A stretch of DNA of 64,000 nucleotides. It comes from an uncultured Planctomycetaceae bacterium. Lineage in GTDB: Bacteria; Planctomycetota; Planctomycetia; Planctomycetales; Planctomycetaceae. The position numbers were made by a program, and so were the translations under genes. Below, piece after piece: positions 10,819 through 19,970 of the stretch. Position 1 is the first letter of the stretch. Every line of letters starts with the position of its first letter. The DNA is taken from positions 62,001 through 126,000 of the forward strand of contig CAXBME010000006.1 of assembly GCA_963976765.1 (NCBI GenBank). Reading direction: 5' to 3'. The notes beneath the pieces were generated by a model. The model was not told the origin of the DNA. It saw nothing but the letters and a program-made list of their open reading frames with translations, and ran no database searches.

Positions 10819-11298
10819 CTAAGTACCGTCGCCTGCCTGCCCGACGTCCAGGATGCCGAGCAGATTCATCGAAAAGACAAAATTCTTCTGATCAATCGAT
10901 CCAAACTGAGAATCCTTCTGGTCGAGATGCACGAACATGATCTCCGCTTCAGCGACCAGTCGGTCCCCCACATGTGCCGTGACATCAACGCCGCCGCCTT
11001 CGTCACGAGCATCCGTCAGCGTTGCTGTGTAGATCAGCGAATCACCCGGCACAGCCCACGAATGAAACGTGACCTTTGGAACTTTGGCAAGAATGACGAT
11101 GTGTTCGAAATCGTTGACCTCGCCGAGCAGAATGCCGCCCGTTTGAGCCATACCTTCGATCATCAGCGAACCCGGCATAATCGCAAATCCGGGGAAGTGA
11201 TCGTGCAGATGCTCTTCCGCCAGACTGACGTTCTTGACAGCTTTCGCGTACTTGCCGCTTTCGAATTCGACGAATCGATCAATCCAGAACCAGCGCAT
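10819..11298 (-). CDS. 3-hydroxyacyl-ACP dehydratase, FabZ family (paralog 2)
   Basis: MRWFWIDR, KNVSLAE, DHFPGFAIMPGSLMIEGMAQ hot-dog motif with catalytic His and Glu. Confidence 0.88.
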   Translation of the reverse strand: MRWFWIDRFVEFESGKYAKAVKNVSLAEEHLHDHFPGFAIMPGSLMIEGMAQTGGILLGEVNDFEHIVILAKVPKVTFHSWAVPGDSLIYTATLTDARDEGGGVDVTAHVGDRLVAEAEIMFVHLDQKDSQFGSIDQKNFVFSMNLLGILDVGQAGDGT

Positions 11299-11352
11299 GT
11301 GCCTTACCTTGAACCCTGACCAGTTGGTTCGTCAGAAGATTGATAACCAGCG

Positions 11353-11446
11353 GACGCAGGACGCCGAGTCGCAAAGAAACGCCCCGTGAATTGTTCACTG
11401 ACAAAAATCATCTTTGCGATACTCAGCGTCTTCGCGACTTTGCGTC
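11353..11446. repeat. Imperfect inverted repeat (ACGCA..GACGC..CGCAAAGA family)
   Basis: TCGCAAAGA (11369-77) pairs with TCTTTGCGA (11411-19); GACGCCGAGT with ACTCAGCGTC (1 mismatch); GACGCA with TGCGTC. A related half-copy, CAAAGACGCAGAGCCGCTAAG, lies near 62001-62021. Confidence 0.65.
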
Positions 11447-11453
11447 AGAAGAA

Positions 11454-11843
11454 CTAGCCGGCGTTCAGCTTGTTCTCGACGAAATTCACAATCATGTTGA
11501 CCGTGAAAAGGCTCTGGATATTTTCAACTTTTGGATCATCGGCAAAAGAGTCGATGTCAGCGTGCGGCATCTTCTCTTTCAGAGTGGCGATCCCCTCTTC
11601 GGTGACCTTGCCATCTTCGACGAACGAAGCATCGGCGGCGAGGTTTTCCGGGAAGAGTTCGCCTCGTGGAATCTTGATTCCAAAGTTCTTTTCGAGACGG
11701 AAAACGATGTCCAGAAAATCGATGGACTCAGCACCGAGGTCGTCGACCAGCGTCGCTTCTTCCGTTACTTCGTCGTCGTCAACTCCCAGCGCGTCGACCA
11801 GTGTTTCCTGAACTTTCTCAAAGATTTCGTCGCGTGATGCCAT
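11454..11843 (-). CDS. Acyl carrier protein, extended type (129 aa)
   Basis: Acidic; DDLGAESIDFLDIVFRLEKNFGIKIP resembles the ACP helix II motif; C-terminal TVNMIVNFV; GAGGAG RBS upstream. Confidence 0.9.
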   Translation of the reverse strand: MASRDEIFEKVQETLVDALGVDDDEVTEEATLVDDLGAESIDFLDIVFRLEKNFGIKIPRGELFPENLAADASFVEDGKVTEEGIATLKEKMPHADIDSFADDPKVENIQSLFTVNMIVNFVENKLNAG

Positions 11844-11953
11844 CAGGCTGTCTCCTCAGTTGGGGCTGTTTGACCCCGTTTGTTTCGCCGCAGACCCAGC
11901 TTGTTTGTCATCAGTCCGGCGAAACGACTGCTGACTCAAACCCAAAATATCAG

Positions 11954-11983
11954 TTTCAGAGAGTCTGACCGGACTCTCTGAAA
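11954..11983. promoter_or_regulatory. 12-bp perfect stem-loop between fabG and the ACP gene
   Basis: TTTCAGAGAGTC-N6-GACTCTCTGAAA. Role (terminator, processing or stability) unknown. Confidence 0.5.
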
Positions 11984-12028
11984 ACCTGCAACAAGTGCAG
12001 GGAACCCATAAAACTACATCTTGATAAC

Positions 12029-12784
12029 TTACATTCCGCTGCCGAGCGTCAGTCCGCCATCGACCGTCAGAATCTGGCCAGTGATGTACGACGCGTCGTC
12101 GCTCGCCAGGAACAACGTGGCATTTGCAATATCTTCCGGCTCTCCGAGACGTCGGACAGCGATCTGTTTTTTAATTTCTTTACCAGCCGCGTTTCGTATG
12201 GCTTCGGTCATGTCCGTAGCGATGAAACCCGGAGCGATCGAATTGACCGTGATGTTTCGTTTACCCATTTCGTAGGCGAGACATCGGCTGAAGCCGTCAA
12301 TTCCGCCCTTCGTGGCGGCATAGTTCGTCTGACCGGGATTTCCATACCGACCGGCAACGCTGGAGATGTTGACGACTCGGCCATACCGAGCGGACATCAT
12401 GTGTGTCACCGCTGCTTTGCAGTAGTGGAAGATGCTGTTGAGGTTTGTATTGATGACATCCATCCACTCGTCTTCGCCCATACGAACCAGCAGGTTGTCA
12501 CGGATGATACCGGCGTTATTGACGAGGATGTCGATCTTTCCCCACTTCTCGACAACAGCGTTGACAACTTCAACCGCTCGTTCGCCATTGGCGGCATCCG
12601 CCTTGAATGCGATCGCCTCCCGCTGATCAAGCTCCAGCTCTTTGACGAGACCGTTCGCAGCTTCCTCATTTGAGTTATACGTGAAGGCGACTTTGGCTCC
12701 CTCTTTGGCCAGCGCGTGAACGATGGCGCGACCGATTCCTCGGCTGCCACCGGTCACGAGTGCAATTCTGCCTGCCAGTTTCAT
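12029..12784 (-). CDS. fabG: 3-oxoacyl-ACP reductase (SDR)
   Basis: TGGSRGIG, NNAGIIRD, YAATK catalytic motif, ITGQILTVDGG; GAGGAG RBS upstream. Confidence 0.9.
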   Translation of the reverse strand: MKLAGRIALVTGGSRGIGRAIVHALAKEGAKVAFTYNSNEEAANGLVKELELDQREAIAFKADAANGERAVEVVNAVVEKWGKIDILVNNAGIIRDNLLVRMGEDEWMDVINTNLNSIFHYCKAAVTHMMSARYGRVVNISSVAGRYGNPGQTNYAATKGGIDGFSRCLAYEMGKRNITVNSIAPGFIATDMTEAIRNAAGKEIKKQIAVRRLGEPEDIANATLFLASDDASYITGQILTVDGGLTLGSGM

Positions 12785-12907
12785 AGTTGTCTCCTCGAGG
12801 CCGCCGCATCGCGATCAGCCGAGCATATCCATATTTCTGAAAGTTCGATGTGTGATTTCGAACGGAGGAATCTTCTCGATTTCAAATTTTCAAAACTCTG
12901 CCAGTGG

Positions 12908-13387
12908 CTACTCGGTCGGCGGCTGCCAGACCTGAGCATACAGTTCTTTCATCTTACCAGTGAGGTACTCGTCAATCTTTGCCTGCGACTCGTTCCTGTC
13001 TCGCAGGTTGAGCTGCGAAAGTGTGATCCGAGCAGAAACCGCCGACTCACCATCAACCGTACTCGAAGCCTTGAAAGTACACTCGTCATCGCCCCACTTG
13101 TGAGTCTTGATACTGACCACAAGCTGCTTGCCCGGCGTCACAAAACTGTTGAATTTGACCGCTTTTGCCTGCTTGAGCAACACTGTTGAATACTTGAAAT
13201 CTTCCGTCGCCCTCATCAGCCACGCGGCTGACTGAACACAGGCCTCAATCATCAGCACTCCTGGCATCACGGCGAAGCCTGGAAAGTGGTCCTGCAGGTA
13301 CTCTTCCGCCAGCGAAAGATTTTTGACCGTCGTGATCGACTGACCTTTTTCGAGTTCAACGATTCTGTCAACCAGTGAAAAACGCAT
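12908..13387 (-). CDS. 3-hydroxyacyl-ACP dehydratase, FabZ family (paralog 1)
   Basis: MRFSLVDRI, KNLSLAEEYLQDHFPGFAVMPGVLMIEA. ATG at 13387. Confidence 0.88.
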   Translation of the reverse strand: MRFSLVDRIVELEKGQSITTVKNLSLAEEYLQDHFPGFAVMPGVLMIEACVQSAAWLMRATEDFKYSTVLLKQAKAVKFNSFVTPGKQLVVSIKTHKWGDDECTFKASSTVDGESAVSARITLSQLNLRDRNESQAKIDEYLTGKMKELYAQVWQPPTE

Positions 13388-14062
13388 CCGGGACGCCCTG
13401 AAAAAGGAACGGTATCTTCGCGAAGCCGCCTGACACGCAATCAGCGAGGAAACCCTGAAGAATCTGGACCCTACCCCCATCATTACCAGTTGGCGATGAA
13501 TCAGCAGACAGTCTGGCTACTTCATTTGTCGGGGAAAGTTCACATTCGAGTATTCACTACGACGAACCCAGTCAACTTGCGTACCCAGCTCGATCGACCA
13601 GAGTGAGCAGAAAACAGCGATGAATGTGACTCGCTTTGCCTGAAAGGAGCACGAAAAGGCATGACCCAGCTATGCCTTGCCGCGCAGCGACTTCGCGGTG
13701 GGATGGAAAGCGGGCCACTCTACCCACGGTAGAATGTCGTTTCAAGCGCATAGAACGGCTGATTCTGCTGCACTTTCCGCACAACATGACATCCTGCCGC
13801 GCCTGCCGATTGTGCCGTTCAGGAAAGGGTCTGGATCATCGGCAATCCTGCCGGATCAACACCCGGACTGCTAAACTCGTCGATCGGTTTCGTAGCGAGC
13901 CACCTGATTCCCTACCATGAATAAAAGCGATCCCGAAGGACGGCGCGCCGTCTCAAATCCACTCTGTTAACGATCGCAATACGACGTAAAAGAGCGCAGG
14001 ATCAAAACTGACCTCGCAGCCTTCGTACTTTTTCTGCCCATCCCGAGCGAACAGTAACTCTT

Positions 14063-14608
14063 ATGGCAACATTCAAAGAACTGACTGCCTTCTTCCAGCA
14101 GGTCGGAGCGGCCGACGTCAGCCACACGACGAAATCGTATCTGGCCCACGCAATCGCAGTTCACGGCGACCTGAAAAAGTGGGGCTGCGATGAGGACATT
14201 CAGAATGTCGGATTATTCCACTCGATCTACGGAACCGAGCGGTTTCAGCGATTTACGCTGCCGCTCGAACGTCGAGACGAAGTAAAAGCTCTTATCGGCG
14301 AGCGTGCCGAATGGCTGTCCTATTTGAATTGCGCAATGGACCGGGAACACTTCGACAACGAAGCGTTGAGAGAATCCGGCCCGGAAGGATTCCTCGACCG
14401 CTACACCGGCGAAGTCATCAAACTGTCGCCTCAGGACGAAGCCGACCTGAACACTGTCCATCTCTGCGACTGGCTCGAACAGGTAGGTCGCTCGAAAGAC
14501 TGGAACTACCGTCGCGCGGTCTATCGCAAGCTCGCCGAACAGCTCGGTGGCATTGCCCTGAAATCCTACGACGCCGTTTACGCCAACGAAGATGCGTCGC
14601 CGAAGTGA
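14063..14608 (+). CDS. Conserved hypothetical protein, HD-like (DUF6817-like)
   Basis: SHTTKSYLAHAIAV...GLFHSIYGTE...LIGERAE pattern. Family assignment from memory. Confidence 0.7.
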   Translation: MATFKELTAFFQQVGAADVSHTTKSYLAHAIAVHGDLKKWGCDEDIQNVGLFHSIYGTERFQRFTLPLERRDEVKALIGERAEWLSYLNCAMDREHFDNEALRESGPEGFLDRYTGEVIKLSPQDEADLNTVHLCDWLEQVGRSKDWNYRRAVYRKLAEQLGGIALKSYDAVYANEDASPK

Positions 14609-14741
14609 ACCTGCCGCTGAGTTTCGGGTCTCACTCCACAACTGTCAGTTTTCCAGCCGGCATCCTTAACAACCGGCGCTGCAACAGGAGATTCATTACG
14701 CAACCATTTCGAAGAGGAGCAGCGTGACGTACAGTGGCCGC

Positions 14742-17120
14742 ATGGCATCACTAAAACAGCAGATTATCGAAATTCTGAAGAAGACCGGCAGCCGGCCGGT
14801 TAAGCCCCGCAAGATTGCCCGACGGCTCGACCTTCCCAAAGGTGAGCGAGACCGTTTCGAGGAAGCAATCGCCAGCCTCGTGAAACGAGGCAAGCTTCAG
14901 CAAAACCGCGAAGGGCGAGTGTTTCTACCCGAAACCGCCAGCGCGTCGGACGGCCTGATCGCAGGCGTGCTGAAGAAAACCGCCAGCGGAAGCGCGTGGC
15001 TGATCCCGCATCGCGAAATCGTTCACGAAACCGATTCACCCAACACCCTCGCCGGAGAGACGACCGATCCCGCTCCGAAGATTCCGGACGTCCACATTTA
15101 CCCGGAACATCTGGGCGACGCTCAGAACGGCGACGAAGTTCTTGTGCGACTGATCAGCCGACGTCGTTCCGGCGGCAAGCGCTGCGGACAGGTCGAACAG
15201 GTTGTCGAACGGGCGACCCACACATTTGTCGGTTCGTACTTTGAAGAGTGGAATGTCGGCAAGGTCCGTATCGACGGCGGAGTGTTCTCTGACCCGGTTT
15301 CGGTCGGCGATCCTGGAGCCAAGGGCGTCCAGCCCGGCGACAAAGTTGTCATCGAGATCGTCCGCTTCCCGACGCACACGCATCCCGGCGAAGCAGTGCT
15401 CACGAAAATTCTGGGAGCGCGAGGCGAACCCGGTGTCGACCTTCAAGCCATTGTCCACGAATACGGATTGCCGGACGAATTTCCCGAAGAGGTGCTCGCC
15501 GCCGCTCGCGCACAGGCCGACGCGTTTGATCCCGAAAACCTCGAAGACCGCCTCGACCTGACCGGGGAAACAATCGTCACCATCGACCCGGTCGACGCTC
15601 GCGACTTCGACGATGCGATCTCCCTGTCGAAATCAGACGACGGAAACTGGCACCTGGCTGTTCACATTGCAGACGTGGCTCACTTTGTCCCCGAAGGCGG
15701 GACGCTCGATCAGGAAGCCAGGCAGCGAGGCACCAGCGTTTACCTGCCGGGCCGCGTCATCCCGATGCTGCCGGAAACAATTTCCAACAGCCTTGCCAGT
15801 CTGCAACAGGATCAGATTCGCTTTACCAAGACGGTGAAGATTGAATTCTCAGCCGAAGGCACGCCGCTGCACACTGAGTTTCACAACTCAGCGATCAAAG
15901 TCACGAAACGCTTCTGCTATGAAGAAGTCATGCCGATCCTGGCAGCTCCCGGAAAATTTGCAGACGACGTCTCACCAGCCGTTCTCAAGCTGCTGGCAGA
16001 CATGCACGAACTGGCGATGCTGCTGCGAGGCCGACGATTCAAAGACGGCTCACTCGAACTCCACCTCCCCGAAGTAAAGATCGAACTCGACAAAGACGGA
16101 GTCGTCTGCGGCGCTCACGAAACCGACCACGACGAAAGTCACCAGATCATCGAAGAGTTCATGCTGGCTGCCAACACGGCCGTCGCCACGAAACTGATGG
16201 AAGCAGACATCACATTCATCCGCCGAGTCCACGGCAGCCCGGATCCGATCAAGCTGAAAGCATTCAGCGAATTCGCTTGCAGCCTCGGTCTGAAAGTGAG
16301 TCCCAACCCAAGTCGCTTCGACCTTCAGAAAGTTCTGTCAGAAGTCCGCGGCAAACCTTTCGAACAGGCGGTCAGCTTCGCACTGCTGCGAAGCATGAAA
16401 TCGGCCGAGTACACCGGTCTGGTCAACGGCCACTACGCCCTGGCCATCGAAAACTACTGCCACTTCACCAGCCCGATTCGCCGATACCCCGACCTGACGG
16501 TTCATCGACTCTTCGAAAAAGTCATCGAAGGAAAAACAAAGAAGATTGGTCTCAGCCAGCTCGAAACGATCAAACTCGGAGCACACTGCTCGGGGATGGA
16601 ACGTCGAGCCGCTCAGGCAGAACGTGAACTCACGCGAGTCAAACTGTTGATGCTGCTCGCAACCAAAACGGAAGAAACATTTCAGGCGGTAATCACCGGT
16701 GTCGAGAAGTTCGGCATCTTCTGCCGCTGCGAGAAGTACCCGGTCGACGGCTTCGTGCATGTCAGCAATCTGGCTAACGGCGAACGACTCGACTTTGACC
16801 GGGCAACGTACACAATGACGGCTCGGCAGAGCGGACGAACTTTCCGCATGGGTGACCGTGTCAAAGTCCGCATCGCTCTTATCGATCCCGACGAACGAAC
16901 GCTTCACTGGCAACTGGTCGGAGATGGAAAACCAGACCGAAGTCCAGGAAAGAAGGCTGGTGGTCGGAAACCTCGCAAGCCCGAATCGCCAAAAAGACCG
17001 CGTGCAAAGTCCCGGACAGGTCGCCAGAAAAAGAAGGTCGACGCTGCTCCCAAAGTTCGCCACAAGAAAAAGTCCGCTCGCCGTTCGAAACCGAAATCCC
17101 GTCCGCCTGAGTCTGAGTAA
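14742..17120 (+). CDS. rnr: Ribonuclease R
   Basis: N-terminal HTH and cold-shock domains; RNB catalytic motif TIDPVDARDFDDA; HFTSPIRRYPDL; S1 domain; Lys/Arg-rich tail. Confidence 0.95.
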   Translation: MASLKQQIIEILKKTGSRPVKPRKIARRLDLPKGERDRFEEAIASLVKRGKLQQNREGRVFLPETASASDGLIAGVLKKTASGSAWLIPHREIVHETDSPNTLAGETTDPAPKIPDVHIYPEHLGDAQNGDEVLVRLISRRRSGGKRCGQVEQVVERATHTFVGSYFEEWNVGKVRIDGGVFSDPVSVGDPGAKGVQPGDKVVIEIVRFPTHTHPGEAVLTKILGARGEPGVDLQAIVHEYGLPDEFPEEVLAAARAQADAFDPENLEDRLDLTGETIVTIDPVDARDFDDAISLSKSDDGNWHLAVHIADVAHFVPEGGTLDQEARQRGTSVYLPGRVIPMLPETISNSLASLQQDQIRFTKTVKIEFSAEGTPLHTEFHNSAIKVTKRFCYEEVMPILAAPGKFADDVSPAVLKLLADMHELAMLLRGRRFKDGSLELHLPEVKIELDKDGVVCGAHETDHDESHQIIEEFMLAANTAVATKLMEADITFIRRVHGSPDPIKLKAFSEFACSLGLKVSPNPSRFDLQKVLSEVRGKPFEQAVSFALLRSMKSAEYTGLVNGHYALAIENYCHFTSPIRRYPDLTVHRLFEKVIEGKTKKIGLSQLETIKLGAHCSGMERRAAQAERELTRVKLLMLLATKTEETFQAVITGVEKFGIFCRCEKYPVDGFVHVSNLANGERLDFDRATYTMTARQSGRTFRMGDRVKVRIALIDPDERTLHWQLVGDGKPDRSPGKKAGGRKPRKPESPKRPRAKSRTGRQKKKVDAAPKVRHKKKSARRSKPKSRPPESE

Positions 17121-17330
17121 TTGCTGCCTGAACTCAGTCCGATGCCGTTTCGCAACAAATGAACGACAGCGTCCTGGCTGGTTCACCGCCTGACGTGACA
17201 AGCCGGAACAGGTTGCACCAATGCTCGGCCCGATGCTCCGCGCCGACCACCACTGCGGAATCCCGCTTGCTGACCTCGCCGCGTGACCTAAACCAAAGAT
17301 GGTTGAGCCGAGCGGACGTTACTGACGGAC

Positions 17331-19871
17331 ATGTACCTGTCAAACCCGAACCGCCCGCACGGCCGTTTCATTCCGCGCGAACCCGGTTACCGGAACTCCA
17401 GATTGTCCGCAGCAAAGCCATCGAACCGTCCCGTCGTTCTGCACGCCCGAGTGGTGACCGGAACTGGCGGCGGCCCCGATAAAACGATTCTGAATTCGCC
17501 CCGGTTTCTGGACGATTTCGGCTACGAGTCCGTCTGCGCCTATCTGCATCCGCCGGACGATCCAGGTTTTGAAGAGATCAAACGACGCGCCGAGTCGTTG
17601 AATGCCGAATTGATTTCCGTTCCTGATCGAGGCATCAAAGACATTTCCGTCGTTACGCGAATGCTGAAAATCTGCCGCGAACGCAACGTGTCCATCTGGC
17701 ACGGGCACGACTACAAGTCCGACGCTCTGGGCCTGCTGCTTCGGCAATTCCATCCGATGAAGCTTGTGTCGACGGTTCATGGCTGGGGCGTGAAATCGAA
17801 GAAAACTCCGCTTTACCACGCCATCGACCGATTCAGCCTGAAGTCTTACGATCGAGTCATCTGCGTTTCTGACAAGCTGCTTGCGGAATGTCTTGCAGCC
17901 GGAGTTCCGATCGGAAACCTTTGCGAAATTGATAATGCCATCGACCTGTCGAGCTGCGACTCACTGACTGAGAAACGCGCCGCCAGAGTCAGTTTCAACG
18001 TCGAGCCGGAAAAGCCCGTCGTCGTCGCGGTCGGACGCCTGTCCAAAGAAAAGGCGTTCGACATTCTGATTCAAGCATTCGCCGATCTGCTCGCCACAGG
18101 CTTCGATGCCACGCTGCTGATCGCAGGCGATGGCCCGGAACGCGAGTTTCTAAAACAGCAGATTGCCGGGCTTCAGATTGAACACTCAGTCCGACTGCTC
18201 GGCCATGTTTCCGACCCGCAAGCCGTCTACGGAGCTGCCGACGTGTTCGCTCTGAGCAGCACTTCCGAAGGTTTGCCGAACTGCCTGCTGGAGGCAATGG
18301 CGTGCGGAGTTCCAGTTGTTGCCACCACCGTCGGCGCCATTCCCACGGTGATTCGTGACGAAATCAATGGGCTGCTCGTCTCGCCAGGGGACTCGCAGGT
18401 TCTGACGCTTGCCATGAACCGCCTTCTGTCCAACAGCGAACTGCGTGGACAGTTTGCGGCAGCCGGTCGAAACACCATCGAATCACGCTACTCGTTCAAA
18501 CGACGGATGCAGAAAGTCGCGGCCGTCTACGACAGCGTTCTGTCTAACCAAAACCGAAAGAGCAACACACAACCGATTGAATCGTCAGTCACAGAGCGGC
18601 GACCGTTGGCGACCTCGGACATCAACCCGGAAATCAATGTTCCACCCGGAACTGAAATCCGTGGAGCGGCGACAGTCGCCCGGCGCAGTATTCACAACGT
18701 TTCGAATTCAGTCGTTTCGAATTCAGTCGTTTCGAATTCAGTCGTGGCGGACAGCAGCCAGCGTGCCGCGACAGACACGTTGGCACTCCCTGCTCAAGCC
18801 ACCGTCTCGCGATCGAAACCGACCGTCGCCATCGACCGCGAAATCCAAATCGAACTTACGAGCACTCCGGAAACCTGGCAGGAATATCTCGCCGAAAAAG
18901 GTGACGCTGGGTTCTACCAGCAGGCGGCCTGGTTACGAGTTCTCCAGAACGGGCTCGGTCATCAGCCCGCCTGTCTGCAAGCGACGTCCGGCGGTCGGCT
19001 TGTCGGTGTGTTGCCGCTGGCGTTTGTGCAGACTCCGCTGTTCGGTCGATTTCTCGTCAGCCTGCCGTACCTCAACTCGTCCGGAATCGTCGCTGAAACT
19101 CACGACGTCGCAACCGCGCTGATTGACCGAGCCGTCGATTTCGCCGAGCAACTCGACGTGCGCTATCTGGAACTTCGCCATGAAACCGCCATCAAACACT
19201 CAAAGCTGACGCAAGCCGTCACCGACAAAGTTCACATGCGGCTGGCCCTGCCGGAGACAGTCGACGAACTCTGGGATTCGCTGAAATCGAAACTTCGCAG
19301 CCAGGTTCGCAAACCGCTCAACAACGAATCGCTGACGGTTCACTGGGGAACGTACGACCTGCTCGACGAGTTCTACTCGGTCTTCACACAGAACATGCGG
19401 GATCTCGGAACGCCGCCGTTCAGTCGCCAACTGTTTGCATCGATGCTCAATGAGTTCCCCGATGATGCTGAGTTCTGTTGTGTCCGGCTCGATGGCCAAC
19501 CGGTGGCTTCGGGGTTGCTGATCCACGGTCCCGGTGTCACTCAGGTTCCCAGTGCCAGTTCGCTGCGAAAGTTCAACACGACCAGCGCGAACATGCTGAT
19601 GTACTGGCACCTGCTGTCACGATCGATCGAACGCGGGCAGACGTTGTTTGACTTCGGTCGAAGCTCGAAAGACGCGGGCACTCACAAGTTTAAGGCACAG
19701 TGGGGCGCGGAAGAGTTCCCCGCCGTCTGGCAGCACTTCGTTCGCGAAGGCGCCGCCACCGACATGCGACCGAACAGCGGGAAGTACGACCTGATGATCC
19801 GAACCTGGCAAAAGCTGCCGGTCTGGCTCACGAAAATCATTGGCCCGTCAATCGTTCGCGGAATTCCCTAA
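17331..19871 (+). CDS. Fusion of a GT4 glycosyltransferase and a FemAB-like (GNAT-type, XrtA/PEP-CTERM-associated) protein
   Basis: N-half: GGGPDKTI, HGHDYKS, VGRLSKEK, EGLPNCLLEAMA. C-half: GVLPL, SLPYLNSSG, LRSQVRK, NMRDLGTP, FDFGRS..GTHKFKAQWG. One uninterrupted frame. Confidence 0.85.
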   Translation: MYLSNPNRPHGRFIPREPGYRNSRLSAAKPSNRPVVLHARVVTGTGGGPDKTILNSPRFLDDFGYESVCAYLHPPDDPGFEEIKRRAESLNAELISVPDRGIKDISVVTRMLKICRERNVSIWHGHDYKSDALGLLLRQFHPMKLVSTVHGWGVKSKKTPLYHAIDRFSLKSYDRVICVSDKLLAECLAAGVPIGNLCEIDNAIDLSSCDSLTEKRAARVSFNVEPEKPVVVAVGRLSKEKAFDILIQAFADLLATGFDATLLIAGDGPEREFLKQQIAGLQIEHSVRLLGHVSDPQAVYGAADVFALSSTSEGLPNCLLEAMACGVPVVATTVGAIPTVIRDEINGLLVSPGDSQVLTLAMNRLLSNSELRGQFAAAGRNTIESRYSFKRRMQKVAAVYDSVLSNQNRKSNTQPIESSVTERRPLATSDINPEINVPPGTEIRGAATVARRSIHNVSNSVVSNSVVSNSVVADSSQRAATDTLALPAQATVSRSKPTVAIDREIQIELTSTPETWQEYLAEKGDAGFYQQAAWLRVLQNGLGHQPACLQATSGGRLVGVLPLAFVQTPLFGRFLVSLPYLNSSGIVAETHDVATALIDRAVDFAEQLDVRYLELRHETAIKHSKLTQAVTDKVHMRLALPETVDELWDSLKSKLRSQVRKPLNNESLTVHWGTYDLLDEFYSVFTQNMRDLGTPPFSRQLFASMLNEFPDDAEFCCVRLDGQPVASGLLIHGPGVTQVPSASSLRKFNTTSANMLMYWHLLSRSIERGQTLFDFGRSSKDAGTHKFKAQWGAEEFPAVWQHFVREGAATDMRPNSGKYDLMIRTWQKLPVWLTKIIGPSIVRGIP
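18698..18745. repeat. Perfect 15-bp tandem repeat (CGTTTCGAATTCAGT x3.2), in frame
   Basis: Encodes VSNSVVSNSVVSNSVV in the linker of the GT4-FemAB fusion. Confidence 0.95.
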
Positions 19872-19888
19872 GAGTCACCAATGCATAA

Positions 19889-19943
19889 GCAAGGTGGGTA
19901 TTGCCCACCATAGAAACTAATTGGTGGGCAGTGCTCACCCTAC
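19889..19943. repeat. REP-like inverted pair (same family as 10750-10814)
   Basis: GCAAGGTGGGTATTGCCCACCA and inverted TGGTGGGCAGTGCTCACCCTAC (reverse complement begins GTAGGGTGAGCACTGCCCACC). Confidence 0.85.
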
Positions 19944-19970
19944 GTGAATGCCGCAACCGGTTTGGATTTT

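Noticed and set aside
13484..14062. Long intergenic region with short ORFs (also 478-768, 2608-3185, 34694-35206)
   Set aside because: Only short hairpins and motif-less ORFs. Three are divergent promoter regions and 478-768 is a convergent gap. No ncRNA I can support.
18698..18745. Direct repeats as a possible CRISPR array
   Set aside because: The 15-bp units are contiguous, have no spacers and lie in a CDS; no cas genes are present.
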